From Octopus sinensis (taxonomy: Eukaryota), in contig NC_043001.1 in the NCBI RefSeq assembly GCF_006345805.1, positions 104,904,001 to 104,968,000 of the forward strand: 64,000 nt of DNA, given 5' to 3'. A program made the translations under genes and the position numbers. This document shows, in pieces, positions 26,521-39,440 of the stretch. The notes beneath the pieces are model-generated. The model did no database searches. It was given only the letters and a program-made list of their open reading frames with translations, and was not told the origin of the DNA. Every line of letters begins with the position of its first letter. Within the stretch, counting starts at the first letter, position 1.

Positions 26521-27599
26521 CTTCTATCTCTTTTCTTATTGTTTCGTTCGAGTCAACACTGCACCTTTTACCCTTGTTTATTTTGCCTCCCTCCTTGGTT
26601 GCGGTCCATGTGCTCAAATTCCGTCAGGGTTTACTTTTTTTTATCGATTCCACCGTAATCAATAAAGCAAGTAGTTGTTATGTACGACAGGGAATGTCGT
26701 TAAATAAACCTCGTCTACAAATTTGCTTCCTTGTCTCACGAGCTTGGAACACATCACAATGGCATCGTCTTCTTTTATTCAAGTAACAATAATTTGTACT
26801 TCAAATAACATTTGCCTTCTCCTCCATCTCTTCCTCCTCTTTCTCCATCTCTTCCTCCTCTTGTTTTATATTTCATTGTTGGTATTCTTTTACTGCGTGC
26901 AATACAGAGTTCATGTTCCCCATTAACTGAAACTGACAGCAACCGCTGGTGGAACTAATATCCTTGGTTACGGCACGAACCTCTCAACATTCCATTTGTC
27001 CATACACTTAAAACAACATCGTGCACTCACTTTAGACACCAAGTGCAATTTGATACGCGTCATGTTGTAATTATAAACATCCAATCACAAGCCTGATGGA
27101 AATGTTCCAGCATGGCCATAATAAACAGGCGGGAAACATTCACAATGGAAATCTGGGAGCGTTTGTTTGCTTCTTGTTGCGGTCAACAATTTCACTCTGC
27201 TTGGTCAGTTTCGAACTGGACATCTCAACATTGTTTCACGCGCAGAAACGTTAGAGTGTCAAACAGACCGCCATATTTGACCAGGATCTTACTATTCTTA
27301 TGAGATTCTTGAGTCAAATGCTATTCCAACCATGTGATCGCTTTGCTTCCTTTTTTCCTTCTTTCCTTCTTTCTTTATTTCTTTCTTTCTTTATTTATTT
27401 ATTTCTTAGTCATTCTTTCTGGATTGTGCCTGTCCTTCAAAGGTACCATCTTGTCACGCTATGTCTCTGATTCGATTTCAGAGTTGCGTTAAGGGAAACG
27501 TGTTTGTGGTTACTCAATTGTTTATACCTCCAGTTCCCTTGTAGCAACAGATGTATATTTGGCTCATTAACTAAAAGCTAATTGTTCACTATTATTAGT

Positions 27600-28950
27600 G
27601 GAGAATCTACCATTCACATTCACAAAATACATTAGTTTATGCGGTGCACATCTTTTCTTTTCTATAAATACATTGCTAACAACATCCTTTCATTTAATTA
27701 AATTACGTTTCAGAATCAACTTCAGCCATAATCCTTGTATATAATTCATTTCCTTATTCAATTCATTTCAAAATTTAATCGTTGATAATTTCCCACTTTC
27801 CCTTCATGTTCTTTCCCGAATGTGTGTTATCATTGAGGAAGGTTAATATTAATCATCCCCATATATTTATGAGGGTTACAGGCTGAAATTGTAACTAATA
27901 GCCTGGCAGTTATAGACTTATGCATGAGCTATTCAAATTAATACATATTTTCTCTTCCTTATCCTCCAGTGAGGTTTCTTTAAAACATCTGCTTCGAAAC
28001 GACACTGATAATTTTCCAATCAATCAACTTATTTACTCAAGCCTATGTTATGGCTATTCTATGGCCCTATATTTTACGCCCAAGTAACAGATGGCCGTTC
28101 ATTGCATAACTCATACACGTCTGTCACTCTTAACCTCTTCCATAAACTTGTTTCCATTACCATATTGACAAATATCAAACGTCTTTGTTTCATGACATAT
28201 AATTCATTTTAATATAATCATTGAACAACATCTCATGAAAACTAAGTTTACATTTTAAACATCCACGACTGTGTTCTTAATGGAAACTTAATTATATATC
28301 CCCGTAGAATTTCATCTTTATATTCATTAAAATATTGTTCCCCTCAGCTTTTCTTAGTCTCGTATTTTTTCTTTAATTCACAAACTTTCCTTCTTTCTGC
28401 TGCGTATTTTTTCCCTCCATTCATCCTGTTTTCATTCTAACTAATTCTACCATTATTCTTCTATTTCAGTAGAACTTTACCATTTCGTTATTTCTTTATT
28501 CCGTTTGCTATTATCTCTTCAGTTCTTGATTACCGTAATAACATGCCACGCTAACTTTTGTTTCTTTGTAAACTTCTTCAATTCTCATGACACTTGTATC
28601 GTCATCTTTTTTCTTTTATTCCAAAGTCATGAGAAACGTCACATCAGTCTTCTTTGCCTAGCAGGGAATTTTTCTCTCACCGTTTCCATGTAGCTTTTTT
28701 CACTTCAGTTTTACAGAATTGAATCACGTTCCTCACATACTTAGCCAATGGAACAACTCTCCAACTTTATGGCTCATACAAAATTTTTCGTGAATACAAA
28801 TAGTTTAACTTAGAACTTCCATTCCGATTTAAATTGCAAGTCGTAAACACTGTCGTTTGCCTTTTATTTCCAATACCTTTACGGACTTCGTTCTATTCTG
28901 GATCAAATAACTTCACATATTCTGAACCGGCTTTGTTGTTTCCGCTGTCG
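27600..28950 (-). mobile_element. Possible very old LINE remnant
   Basis: Strand-asymmetric composition and faint RT-like words (KYMG). No continuous frame. Confidence 0.25.
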
Positions 28951-29517
28951 TCTTTCTAATTATGCAAATTAAACAGTTTTTCCACTTCAAGGTAATTAGT
29001 AAAATTAGAAAATTCCAATCAAATCCGGCTTTCCTGATAATTAACTGATCTCAGGCCAAGGGTCGAAGATATCACCTACGTTTTTCTTCAGACAGCTTTT
29101 ATTTCTGATATTTAAATTTTTAGGAAATGACTTTGAATGCCGCCTTAAATTACGAAAGAACACTTTAGCAATTGTAGCGCGATCTATGCTAGCAAGCGAG
29201 ACAATGTGTGTGTTGTTTGTGTGTGCGTGTGTGTGTGCGCGCTTGTGCGTGTTTGTACCACTGTTCGCATGTGTGTATGTCTGTATGTGTATGTGTGTGT
29301 GTCTGTGTGCGTGTGTATATGTAAGTACTTATGATCGTGTGTCTTTGTCTATGAGTGCGCATGGAGGTGTAAAATATCTGCCGGTCTGACAGACTATGGA
29401 GGCCTTTCTGAAGGAGTACGAAGAGCAATTTCTAAAGTTACTGTGAAGTCCATATCACATATACATACATACATGCATACATACATACACACACACACAC
29501 ACCACACACACACACAC

Positions 29518-29569
<52 letters not shown>

Positions 29570-29691
29570 TATAAATAGTTTACAATTATATACACAATTA
29601 TAACAAGGGCTTGGCTTGTGCCTCACAGCGCACTGAAAAATAGACGTCAAAAAACACTATTACTACCATAAACTCTCCGAGAAAAACAAAC

Positions 29692-29738
<47 letters not shown>

Positions 29739-30395
29739 GTGTGTGTGCATAGAGCATAAAAAATACAGAATACTAAGGAGAGTTCATAGTTTTATAACTC
29801 GACAGCCGTTTCTGGAAGTTCGGAATTGTAACGTTCACAATGAACAGATGGAATTCGAGCAAAAGGTCAGGAGTATGTAACCATTAAAGAGCTGCATAAA
29901 TGAATTAGAATAAGAGCGGTTTCCTTCACCAGGTAACAGTTTCACATGATAGAGCGAAAGATTCACAGGTAGAAGAGAAGATGAAGAAAAAGCGGGTAGA
30001 GGAAGGATTGAGTTGGGGAGGGGGAGCCAAGAGATAGAGGAAGAACAATAGCAAAAACAAGGTGAAAAGAAGGAGGGAAGTCAGTAATAAGAGAAAAGAA
30101 GAAGAGATGGGCCGGCTCGAAGTAGAGAAGGGTAAGTCAAGGTCAGTATGGTAGTCGGGTCTGTCGCTAAGGGAGGGTCACTGGCTATATATATATATAT
30201 ATATATTTGTCAGTGAACAGGTCGCGGTCTCAAAGCGACGAAAATATTTTGACAAATTAAATTTAAATGTTGAAGTAAATCTAACGGTTTCTTGTGTGTT
30301 TCTTAAATGGCTTATAAACTCCTTCCACGCTGCAATTGTTTTCGTTCCAGCACACGATCTCAGATCAGATCACTTGCCATGCAAGTACATCTCCG

Positions 30396-30447
<52 letters not shown>

Positions 30448-30747
30448 GAAATTGACAGAAAAACAAAAGGCGAAGACAGGTGTATAAACAACAATCAGGG
30501 ATAAATAGTTTGTTGCTCGGGAAGGTGAGAAAGTCTTTTATGTTTCGAGCCTACGCTCTTCAACAGAAAGGGACACGAGCATATAAACAGAGAAAAAAAA
30601 AACCTGTAGACTTAGAGATCAATCATGGTGACTGGTTGGAAAAAGCTAGTTTGACAGGAGAGATAGGAAGATGGGGAGATAATAAAGTACTCCTGATCCC
30701 AAACATACATACAAACACACACATACATACACATACACATATATATA

Positions 30748-30975
30748 CTCTTTTACTCTTTTACTCTTTACCTGTGTCAGTCATTTGACTGCGGCCATGC
30801 TGGAGCACCGCCTTTAGTCGAGCAAATCGACCACGGGACTTATTCTTTGTAAGCCCAGTACTTATTCTATCGGTCTCTTTTGCCGAACCGCTAAGTGACG
30901 GGAACGTAAACACATCAGCATCGGTTGTCAAGCAATGCTAGAGGGATAAACACAGACAAACATATACACACATAC

Positions 30976-31006
<31 letters not shown>

Positions 31007-31093
31007 CGACAGGCTTCTTTCAGTTTCCGTCTACCAAATCCACTCACATGTGGTTGGTTAGCAAGCTACTTACCACACAGCCACTCCTGCGCC
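30748..31093 (-). mobile_element. SINE family A with a ~75-bp deletion removing the B box, directly downstream of the tRNA gene
   Basis: Junction ccactcaca|tgtggttgg lacks the core segment present in other copies. Confidence 0.88.
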
Positions 31094-31096
31094 TAT

Positions 31097-31102
31097 AAAA
31101 AA
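31097..31102 (-). terminator. Pol III T6 terminator of the tRNA-Gly gene
   Basis: T6 on the minus strand, 14 nt after the discriminator base. Confidence 0.6.
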
Positions 31103-31116
31103 GAGAATTATCGTTG

Positions 31117-31187
31117 TGCATCGGCCGGGAATCGAACCCGGGCCGCCCGCGTGGCAGGCGAGCATTCTACCACTGAACTACCGATAT
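31117..31187 (-). tRNA. tRNA-Gly-GCC: tRNA-Gly(GCC) gene with a damaged 5' acceptor end (possibly a pseudogene)
   Basis: atATCGGTAGTTCAGTGGTAGAATGCTCGCCTGCCACGCGGGCGGCCCGGGTTCGATTCCCGGCCGATGCA. Anticodon GCC; intact D, anticodon and T arms; no encoded CCA. G1-C2 are replaced by A-T from the adjacent (TA)n, and position 9 is A. Confidence 0.85.
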
Positions 31188-31228
31188 ATATATATATATG
31201 TGTGTGTATGTGTGTGTGTGTGTGTGTG

Positions 31229-31453
31229 TGTGTTTACATACGTATGTATGTAGTAGCTTATGTATATGTGTATATGTGGAGCTAAGAATGTTTGACACTT
31301 TTCGAATTAGTTTAACGTTTAATAGAGAAAGTGTGTATCCTAACGTTTCGGATGTTAATCTTTCATCACAAGGAAGGAAAGAAGCAGACAAACGACAGAG
31401 AGAGAGAAATAGTGAGTATATAAAAGAGAAGGGAGGACACAGGCGAAAGGCAA

Positions 31454-31455
<2 letters not shown>
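31229..31455 (+). repeat. ~228-bp unique-sequence duplication, copy 1 (copy 2 at 34190-34419)
   Basis: Near-identical, with two small indels and one substitution. Confidence 0.93.
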
Positions 31456-31531
<76 letters not shown>

Positions 31532-31576
31532 GTATGTGTGTACGTGTTTGTTTGTGAGTGTGTATGTACGCTGAAC

Positions 31577-31620
<44 letters not shown>

Positions 31621-31831
31621 AAAATAACAGGAACCAAGAGGTGGAACGAAACGACGAATCGGAACGAACCTGACGCGGGGCGCTGTCAGACAATAATGTG
31701 ATAAATAAAAATATATGCATACATACAAACATATATGTACGTACCTACATCTACATGTATATATACATGCATATATAAATAATTATACGTGAGTACAGGA
31801 CACCACAACAAGACGTAATCACATATATATA

Positions 31832-31894
<63 letters not shown>

Positions 31895-34189
31895 ATCGTG
31901 CAGGCGCGTAGTACCTCAGAGACAAATAGGCAGAGAGGCAGACAGGCAGACAGAAATAGAAAAAGATGCAGAATGTGGTTTGATGCAGAATCTCAATAGA
32001 GATTAAAATGACGTTTGTAATCTTTGTGGGAATTGTATTTTATAAGAAGTAATTAAATACAGTCTTTACATTAACCAATTTCGTCTGCAAAACTATTTGA
32101 AAGATTCCATTATATCAGAACTGATCTTCCATATTCTTTTTCCACTAACTTACTTTATATAACGTTGTTGATCCTGCATAGATACAGCAACTCTGTTATC
32201 TATCTGAAGTCCCCGTTTCACAATTAAATCGGAGATTTGTCTGTTTGAAATCAATTTGTGTCCGCTAACTTCTTTATGCAAAAGCGGTGTATCGTGATTT
32301 GGCATCACTTTAATAATATATTGTCTTACTGTAAATATAATTTCGAGCTAAACTACTAACATACAACAGCGCACAATCAAAAGAGCTCGTGAGATATAAA
32401 TCTATTTTACATACTTATGAATTGTCAATATAATGGAATGTTATCCTCTCGAGAATGACTGACTGATTAAATAAAGATGAGACACGATTTTGTTAGTCAT
32501 TGGATACAGCCAGTCACATTGTGCCATAATCCATTTAGATGACCTATATAGAATTAGATATTTAAGCAGCATCTACTTCGCAGCTTTGTGGAACCACTAT
32601 GAATAAACTATTAAATGATTCAATAACTTTTGAGAATATTGCTTGTTTAAATAAAGCAAAACGTTTGCCAGTTCTCTTATTTACCGATTAATGACGATTT
32701 CGCTTTTCACACTTCTACCTTCGCTAAATTCTGTATATTTTTTGGTTGAATGCGATATATTTGCATTTTAACGCTAAGGGACGTAACTCTGAGTGAGTCA
32801 TTGTGCTAGCGTTGACATTTTACGGCCACTGCGACTACAAACCTTATTTCTGTAAGTCTACGTTTGAGAGCTAAGTCAACGAAGATGAAATCTCCGAGCG
32901 GTTTAAATCCACAAGTCTCCGAAGTAATACAAAAAAGTTGTCCTTCCTTTTAACTACCCCACTAAAGCACAGTATTCGAACTCTGGATCTAGCAATCGTG
33001 AGTGAAACACCCTAACTATCAAGCTACACGTTGATTTCTACCTCTCATTCAACGGTCCAAAATGGTTGCACACTTGCGTATCGTTGGCTCCCACTGAGCT
33101 TTAGATTAGGGTTACACTCAGTAGCACACTACTCAGCCGCATGCATGCTAATTGAAAGAGGAGGCCAATCCGTTGATCGAAAACTTGGAACACACATCGC
33201 CGAAACAGACGGGAATCCGTTTAAAAGTATTTACCATCCTTGCTTTATAGAAACGCTGTCTATATTTACAGAAACGCTAACAACATTATTCCCTCACTGC
33301 ATGCAGCTCTGTATTTGGTTTCTAATTAGAAAATACACCATGCAACATTACGAGAGAGTATTCTGTGATGTATTTCGTGACGGGTAACTCCAGAGCTGAT
33401 TCACCATGCACGCTAGGAGATGCCAAGGAGGAAAACAAAAGCAAGAATCTCGTATCCTGCCGATATCTTTTATTTAATCTTAAATCGCCTTTTCCTAAGA
33501 ATTACGGTGGTCCAGTAGATGGTTTATGTGGGAACAGTATGTAACCAGTACAATTTCTACAGATAAACGCATGTTCAGTTACTAATTCTATAGGAATCTA
33601 CTTACTTCAACATCATAGATTTAGTAAGAAAATGATTCTTGAACAGACACACAAACATACATATACGTACATGTGCGTGTCAGTTATATCTATTTATATT
33701 GATGTGTGTGTGTGTGTGTGGTGTGTGTGTGTGTGGTTTCCTTCAATTTTTGATAGCTAAGTGCATTCAAAGCTAGCTTTATACAATTATCTTTTAATTC
33801 CTCAGTAGATTGAACTGGCGAGCAACTGGAAAATAATATCTATCGCTGGTTTTTGGAATTTTCTGCTCACACGGTTTTAAAGTATTTCGGATTTATATCT
33901 AACTATGGCTTCTAATGTGAACGAAACGTTAATATGCTCAAGTCACTTTTATTGCTTACTTAATCCTTTATAGTTTTAATCCAGTTGTACATTTATTTAT
34001 CAGATTGTACTTTATTTCTTTAAAAATCATTTCTTGCTGGAAGACTTGACTTCTGCTATGTTAATAAATATGTGTAAATATGCGCGAGAGAATGTGTTTG
34101 TGCAATGAATGTGCTTCTGGAAAATTATGTATTTAAGAATATACGTATATACATGCATGCACACATATAGATTAATCGGGGCGCGTGCC

Positions 34190-34419
34190 TGTGTTTACAT
34201 ACGTATGTATGTAGTAGCTTATGTATATGTGTATATGTGGAGCTAAGAATGTTTGACACTTTTCGAATTAGTTTAACGTTTAATAGAGAAAGTGTGTATC
34301 CTAACGTTTCGGATGTTAATCTTTCATCACAAGGAAGGAAAGAAGCAGACAAACGTAGACAGAGAGAGAGAAATAGTGAGTATATAAAAGAGAAAGGAGG
34401 ACACAGGCGAAAGGCAAAT
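34190..34419 (+). repeat. ~228-bp unique-sequence duplication, copy 2
   Basis: Matches 31229-31455. Confidence 0.93.
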
Positions 34420-35049
34420 CGTTCGAAATCAAAAGAAATGTTGTATGGAGCGAGCTGAGAAGAGAGGAAAGGGGGTGGTATATAGGTGCATGTACCAGAG
34501 TGTATTTGTGCCTGGAAGCATAAAGGAGAGTGAGGTTTTGGTGTGTGTGTTAGTGGGGGTCTATATAATTAGATATGTGCAAGTGTGGACGCATAGCAGT
34601 GTTGTTTAGCGCGGCGTTGCTGTGTGTGTAATTGTTTAATGAGTCGGTTAGAAGCGTGTGAGACGTAATAGCATGTGTAAACGTATTGGAATAAAAGTAT
34701 AAAATGAAGCATGAAGTATCTGGTGAGGTCTGGGGAGGACAAAATCAAGGTGGAAGATGTTAATTCCTGTGTGTCTAAGTGCATAAACAAAAGCGTGTAG
34801 GTCGACTGTGTGGCGACAAACTTTGATAAAATGTCTACCTGTGCTGAAGTGGTTTTGATCCGGTGTTCAGTATGATGGTGAGTCCAAATGTCTGTTTCTT
34901 CCATATTACCATACGTGGACGACCTAAAAATAATCTTTACTTTCCGGTGAAATTTCTAAGCGTCTTCGATACGATAGGAAAGTCAGTTGTGATACAATTT
35001 CTCAATAAGGAGAAAACAATAATAAATGAATGTCTTCAGAGATTTAAAT

Positions 35050-36330
35050 TCTAAACTCTCGGAATACAAGTATATCGCCCACAACACCTTTGCAGTGCCT
35101 ATCCCAACGCCCACATCTAGCCTTCTAAACTGGTCAGTGTAAAAGCTCAACGAAAAATACAGACTAATGCAAACCTGTCGTTGTTGCTAGAATCTTCAAC
35201 ATCAATGACGACATCGACAGGCTGTAGGTCCCAGGCAAGGATTATGACCGTGCTGTTAAATCTGCATTGATGTCATATGGAATATTTATTGTGAGAATGA
35301 AGCAACATCTGCAGAGAGAGGAATGTGGCCAGTAAATATCTTGTTCAATTTTAGAGCATAAAAGGCCAGGCATGAAATACCGACAAATTTGTGAAAACTA
35401 CCTCTATACAATTCAAGAGCAAGACAACCCTATCAAATATCTAGCGCAGGGCAAACCAACCTGAGGTCCGTGGGCCGCATACGTCCCACAGACATTTATC
35501 ATGCGGTCCGCTTGATACTTTCTAGAAATGGGGTTATTCAAAGAAACATTTTAAAACTTTTATTAAAAATTAAAGATTGTAATGAAAAGTAAAAAAGAAA
35601 GATAGCAATGTTTTTGCAACGATAATATTTCATGTTGAATCAACGATCGTTCATTCATTATTGTAATAATAGCATGAGAAAGCAAAATGCTTTGAATTCT
35701 GTCAGTATATAAGCGGCCCTCAAAAATCTCTCTGTTATATTAAAGTGGCCGGCAATGTAATTCGAGTTGGCTAGGGCTCATCTAGCGCATAAAAGGCATA
35801 ACTACATTGATGGATAACAAATGTTGAGTGTGCAAAACTAAAAATGAAGACTCCATTATTGCCAACTCCTAGTTGCTATTTTCCCATGTATCATGATGTG
35901 ATGACCGAAATAATTTAGAATGAAATAGGAGGAAAAGAAACTACCAGTAGTCAATGTTGACTATATTGAGACTAATGGGTCAAAAGAATGTAGGTAGTAC
36001 TTAAAAATTACAACAGCCACCAAATTAAAACACAACCGGTGTTTTAACAGCTGCCATCTGCACACCAAACTGTGGTCTGAAAAATACTGCAGAAGGAGGA
36101 CATCATTGGACCATTGATAAGGTGTTTGCAAATTTAGTACCTAAGATGCACTTTCAGTTTCATACCTGTTATTATTGGAGCAACAGGATACGTACCGACG
36201 CATCTGGAGCAAAGTACGGCTGAACTTGGATTCTTGGAGAGAAAACCCGAATCGTTAATTTATACACTACAGATGATTACAATATCTTGGACTATAAAAA
36301 CCTGCAAGATATTCTTAAGATTATGAATAT
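35050..36330 (+). mobile_element. Degenerate RLE-type LINE 3' region, interrupted by a MITE
   Basis: 36150-36330 reads FSFIPVIIGATGYVPTHLEQSTAELGF...LQMITISWTIKTCKIFLRL* (RLE C-terminal PxIIGAxG motif); upstream TATKLKHNR. The 5' limit is uncertain. Confidence 0.6.
35447..35779. mobile_element. hAT-Charlie-type MITE with 8-bp TSD atctagcg
   Basis: atctagcg at 35439-35446 and 35780-35787 (TCTAG core typical of Charlie targets). Ends cagggcaaaccaac / gttggctagggctc; subterminal ggccgc motifs. Confidence 0.8.
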
Positions 36331-37084
36331 AACAAGATGTTTTCTTCACAATCTTGCTACTTAGCAGGTGAACAAAATTAAATCTAAAGAACATAAGAAC
36401 ATACATATAAGAGAGAGAGGGGGGAGGAGGAGAGAGAGGGTGAGAGAAAATTTCATTGTAATATATTTGTAATATATAATGAATGTGGGTGTGTGTGTGT
36501 ATTTGTGTGAAAGATTTGTGTTTGTATGTCTGGTATCCGTGTGGCATAACTCACTTATCACATACGCCAGGCATTCATTATCTTTTGATGTATATTGGTT
36601 GTCCACCCAACAATCATCTCATTAGAATTTGTGATAACATTCCTGTCGGCAAGATAATGGCAAATGCAATGTCAGTGAGCTTTATTGTTGAATACCTCAT
36701 TAATAATGAACTGACAGATGGAAAAATTAACAAAACAATTTTTGAAGTTAACAAAAGTGTAAGAGTCGAGAAAGACTGTTGTTGGTAGGTGGGCTAGAAA
36801 TTACCTCCAGCGACTGAAGAAGAAGTGAAGAGGGGGAATTAACTCCTACTGCTTGTTTTCACTTGACTTTTATCAAATCATTATCGCAGATAAGGTTATC
36901 AGGCGGTTATTGTTATCTAAAAAGCCCCGTCTTAATAAGTATCTTTCACCATTCATACTTACATTGAAGTATACACACTCGCAGAAATACGTTTCTGCTT
37001 TTGTATGCATCGAATGTACGAACATGCATATATATATATATATATATATAGGGAGAGAGCGAGAGGAATATATATATATATATA

Positions 37085-37087
37085 TAT

Positions 37088-37133
<46 letters not shown>

Positions 37134-37172
37134 GGATGGATGGATGGATGGATGGATGGATTATAGATAGGC

Positions 37173-37246
<74 letters not shown>

Positions 37247-37253
37247 GTAGATG

Positions 37254-37299
<46 letters not shown>

Positions 37300-37540
37300 T
37301 GCATGGATAAATAAATACACAGGTTATGATAGTGTTAACAAATTTAATGCAGGAAGCATTCCAAAGCTAACTAGAAATAATTGTGTGGTGAGTGTGTGTG
37401 TGCGCGCGCACAGGTGCTTGTATATATGTGTGCACGGGTGTCTGAGAGTGTCTGTAGTTTTGACAGTGTGCCAATGTAAGGGAGGGTGTAAGATATTGAG
37501 AAAGAGTGAGAGACAGACAGACAGACGGACAGACAGACAG

Positions 37541-37578
<38 letters not shown>

Positions 37579-37620
37579 GGACAGACAGACAGAAAGATGC
37601 GTAGAGAGAGAGAGAGAGAG
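37085..37620. repeat. (GATA)n/(GATG)n/(GA)n and (GACA)n microsatellites
   Basis: Directly visible. Confidence 0.95.
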
Positions 37621-38055
37621 GCATAGAGAGCGATAATTAGCATCCCTTTGAATAATACATGTAGATGCGGGAATATACAAGATAATTATCGTGTACGTTG
37701 GATGGAGGTATACATGTAATGCACACACACACCTGAGGACATAGATTCAAGCATTGTAATTAAAGTACTTAGATATCTATTTCACTGTATTTGAGATAGT
37801 CTTCACCGACTCCACCGCCAACAAAATAACCTGTTATTTCAACTGACAGCATGCTGTAAGAAACTGCAGTAAATCACACACACACACACACATGTATCAC
37901 AAGACGATAACAGACGAAGTAGTGCCAGGCAACATATACAAATGATAATTTATTACTGTGGTTGTCACCCGAGATAAGCACCGTGCATAATCTCTATTTA
38001 ATGAAAAAAACCGTAATCCCTTGTAAGTCGTTCCATTTGTTGCCGTTGCTGTCGT

Positions 38056-38101
<46 letters not shown>

Positions 38102-38383
38102 GGTGGTGGTGGTGATGATGATGATGGTGATGATGATTTTGGCACTAAGTCGACCGTAATCCAGGAAATGCGTCGTTCGATTTGTTTCCTTAATATTTAC
38201 CCTCCAAATGCATATCACTTGACGGTTGTGAGAGAGTATCACAAAATTTCAAACAAGTTGTGTTTCTTTGGACGCAAAGAGAGTTTATCTTCCGTTATTT
38301 TGCTACAGAAGGGGCGTAACGTTTGCTTTCGTTATGGGCAAGTGATTCAAAAAATGTCATAAATGTCGATGTTCACTTGAACC

Positions 38384-39052
38384 CAGTGGCAGCATTGCGA
38401 CACGGCAGCGCCCCCTATTCCCACTCAATATAATGAGTCCATTTTTCTTTAATTTTTTCTTTATTCTTGTACATTATATAATCCTTAAGCTTAATGCCAG
38501 TAACCATCCCCTAATTTATGAAAAAATTTAAAGATCATTGCATAGAACTGTGCGCTTCACGGTTCCAGTGACGCGTTGATTGGTTGTTGTGCGCATGCTC
38601 ACACGTCCGAGATAGGAAGCTACACGCTAGGGAGAGACAGCACTGTCGTTCACGCAGTGCCGACCATTGTGTGCTGGTGAAAAGTAGTGTTTCTTTTTTA
38701 CTCTGCGTGCTTAAAAACGTGTTTATATTCTTGAATGTGATAAAGTGTAGAAATAGATTATTATCCTGCTTCCAGCTACATTGTTGCTGCCAGAATTTGA
38801 AAAATAGGGCAGATTTTCCCCACTTATGTTGTGATTTAAGTGGGGGGATTTTTGAAAAACAAGGGGGAATTCTCGGCGGTGTTCAGTAAAGAAATTAAAC
38901 ACATTACCTGGCAGTAACTAAAACACGAACCGATCACGTTTATGTATTAAGTTTGTTTTAATATGTTTGTTTCCTTTTACACGATATTAAAACAAGGGCT
39001 AAAATTTTTCTGAAGCAGCACCCCAACTAATTTTATCCACGAGCCGCCATTG
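38384..39052. mobile_element. Non-autonomous hAT-like DNA transposon (~670 bp)
   Basis: Ends cagtggcagc / gccgccattg (8/10 inverted match). Direct repeat cttgaacc at 38376-38383 and 39055-39062, with a 2-bp offset on the right. Confidence 0.6.
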
Positions 39053-39174
39053 GCCTTGAACCTTTTCTTCACCTATAAATCGCTTTATGTTTGACACTCT
39101 TCTTGAAGTAAAATTTTAAAGAATCCTACCTTTCCCAGTAGTTGAGCTGTGCCGTAGAGTTAGGGCAGGTAAAG

Positions 39175-39440
39175 GTGCATGACTTAGTGGGTAGGGTATT
39201 CGGCTTGCGATCATTAGGTTGTGATTTCGATTCCCAGCAGCGCGTTACGTCCCCGAGCAAGACACTTTATATCCCGTTGCTCCAACCCACACACTTCGAA
39301 AATATGAGTTATACTTGTATTTCAAATGGCCGCGTGTCTGTGAAGTGCTCAGCCACTTGCACGTTGATTACATGAGCAGGCTGTTCCGTCGGGCGGATCA
39401 CCTGGAACAGCCGTCATCGTAAACGACGGCGAGCCAGAGG
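39175..39440 (+). mobile_element. SINE family C (tRNA-like head plus gagcaagacactt core)
   Basis: gcatgacttagtgggtagggtattcggc..ttcgattccc..gtccccgagcaagacacttt. Related pieces at 20670-20965, 45755-45833 and 47220-47410. Confidence 0.7.

Noticed and set aside
29940-30130. GA-rich purine tract as a coding E/K-rich exon
   Set aside because: Low-complexity sequence with no sustained frame or splice signals.
34640-34885. Plus-strand exon ending at gatg|gtgagt (~34877)
   Set aside because: Good donor, but all frames from the nearest weak acceptor contain stops; insufficient support.
36483-36788. 101-aa plus-strand ORF (…ICDNIPVGKIMANAMSVSFIVEYLINNELTDGK…)
   Set aside because: It starts in a TG repeat, has no recognisable domain and no convincing splice sites.
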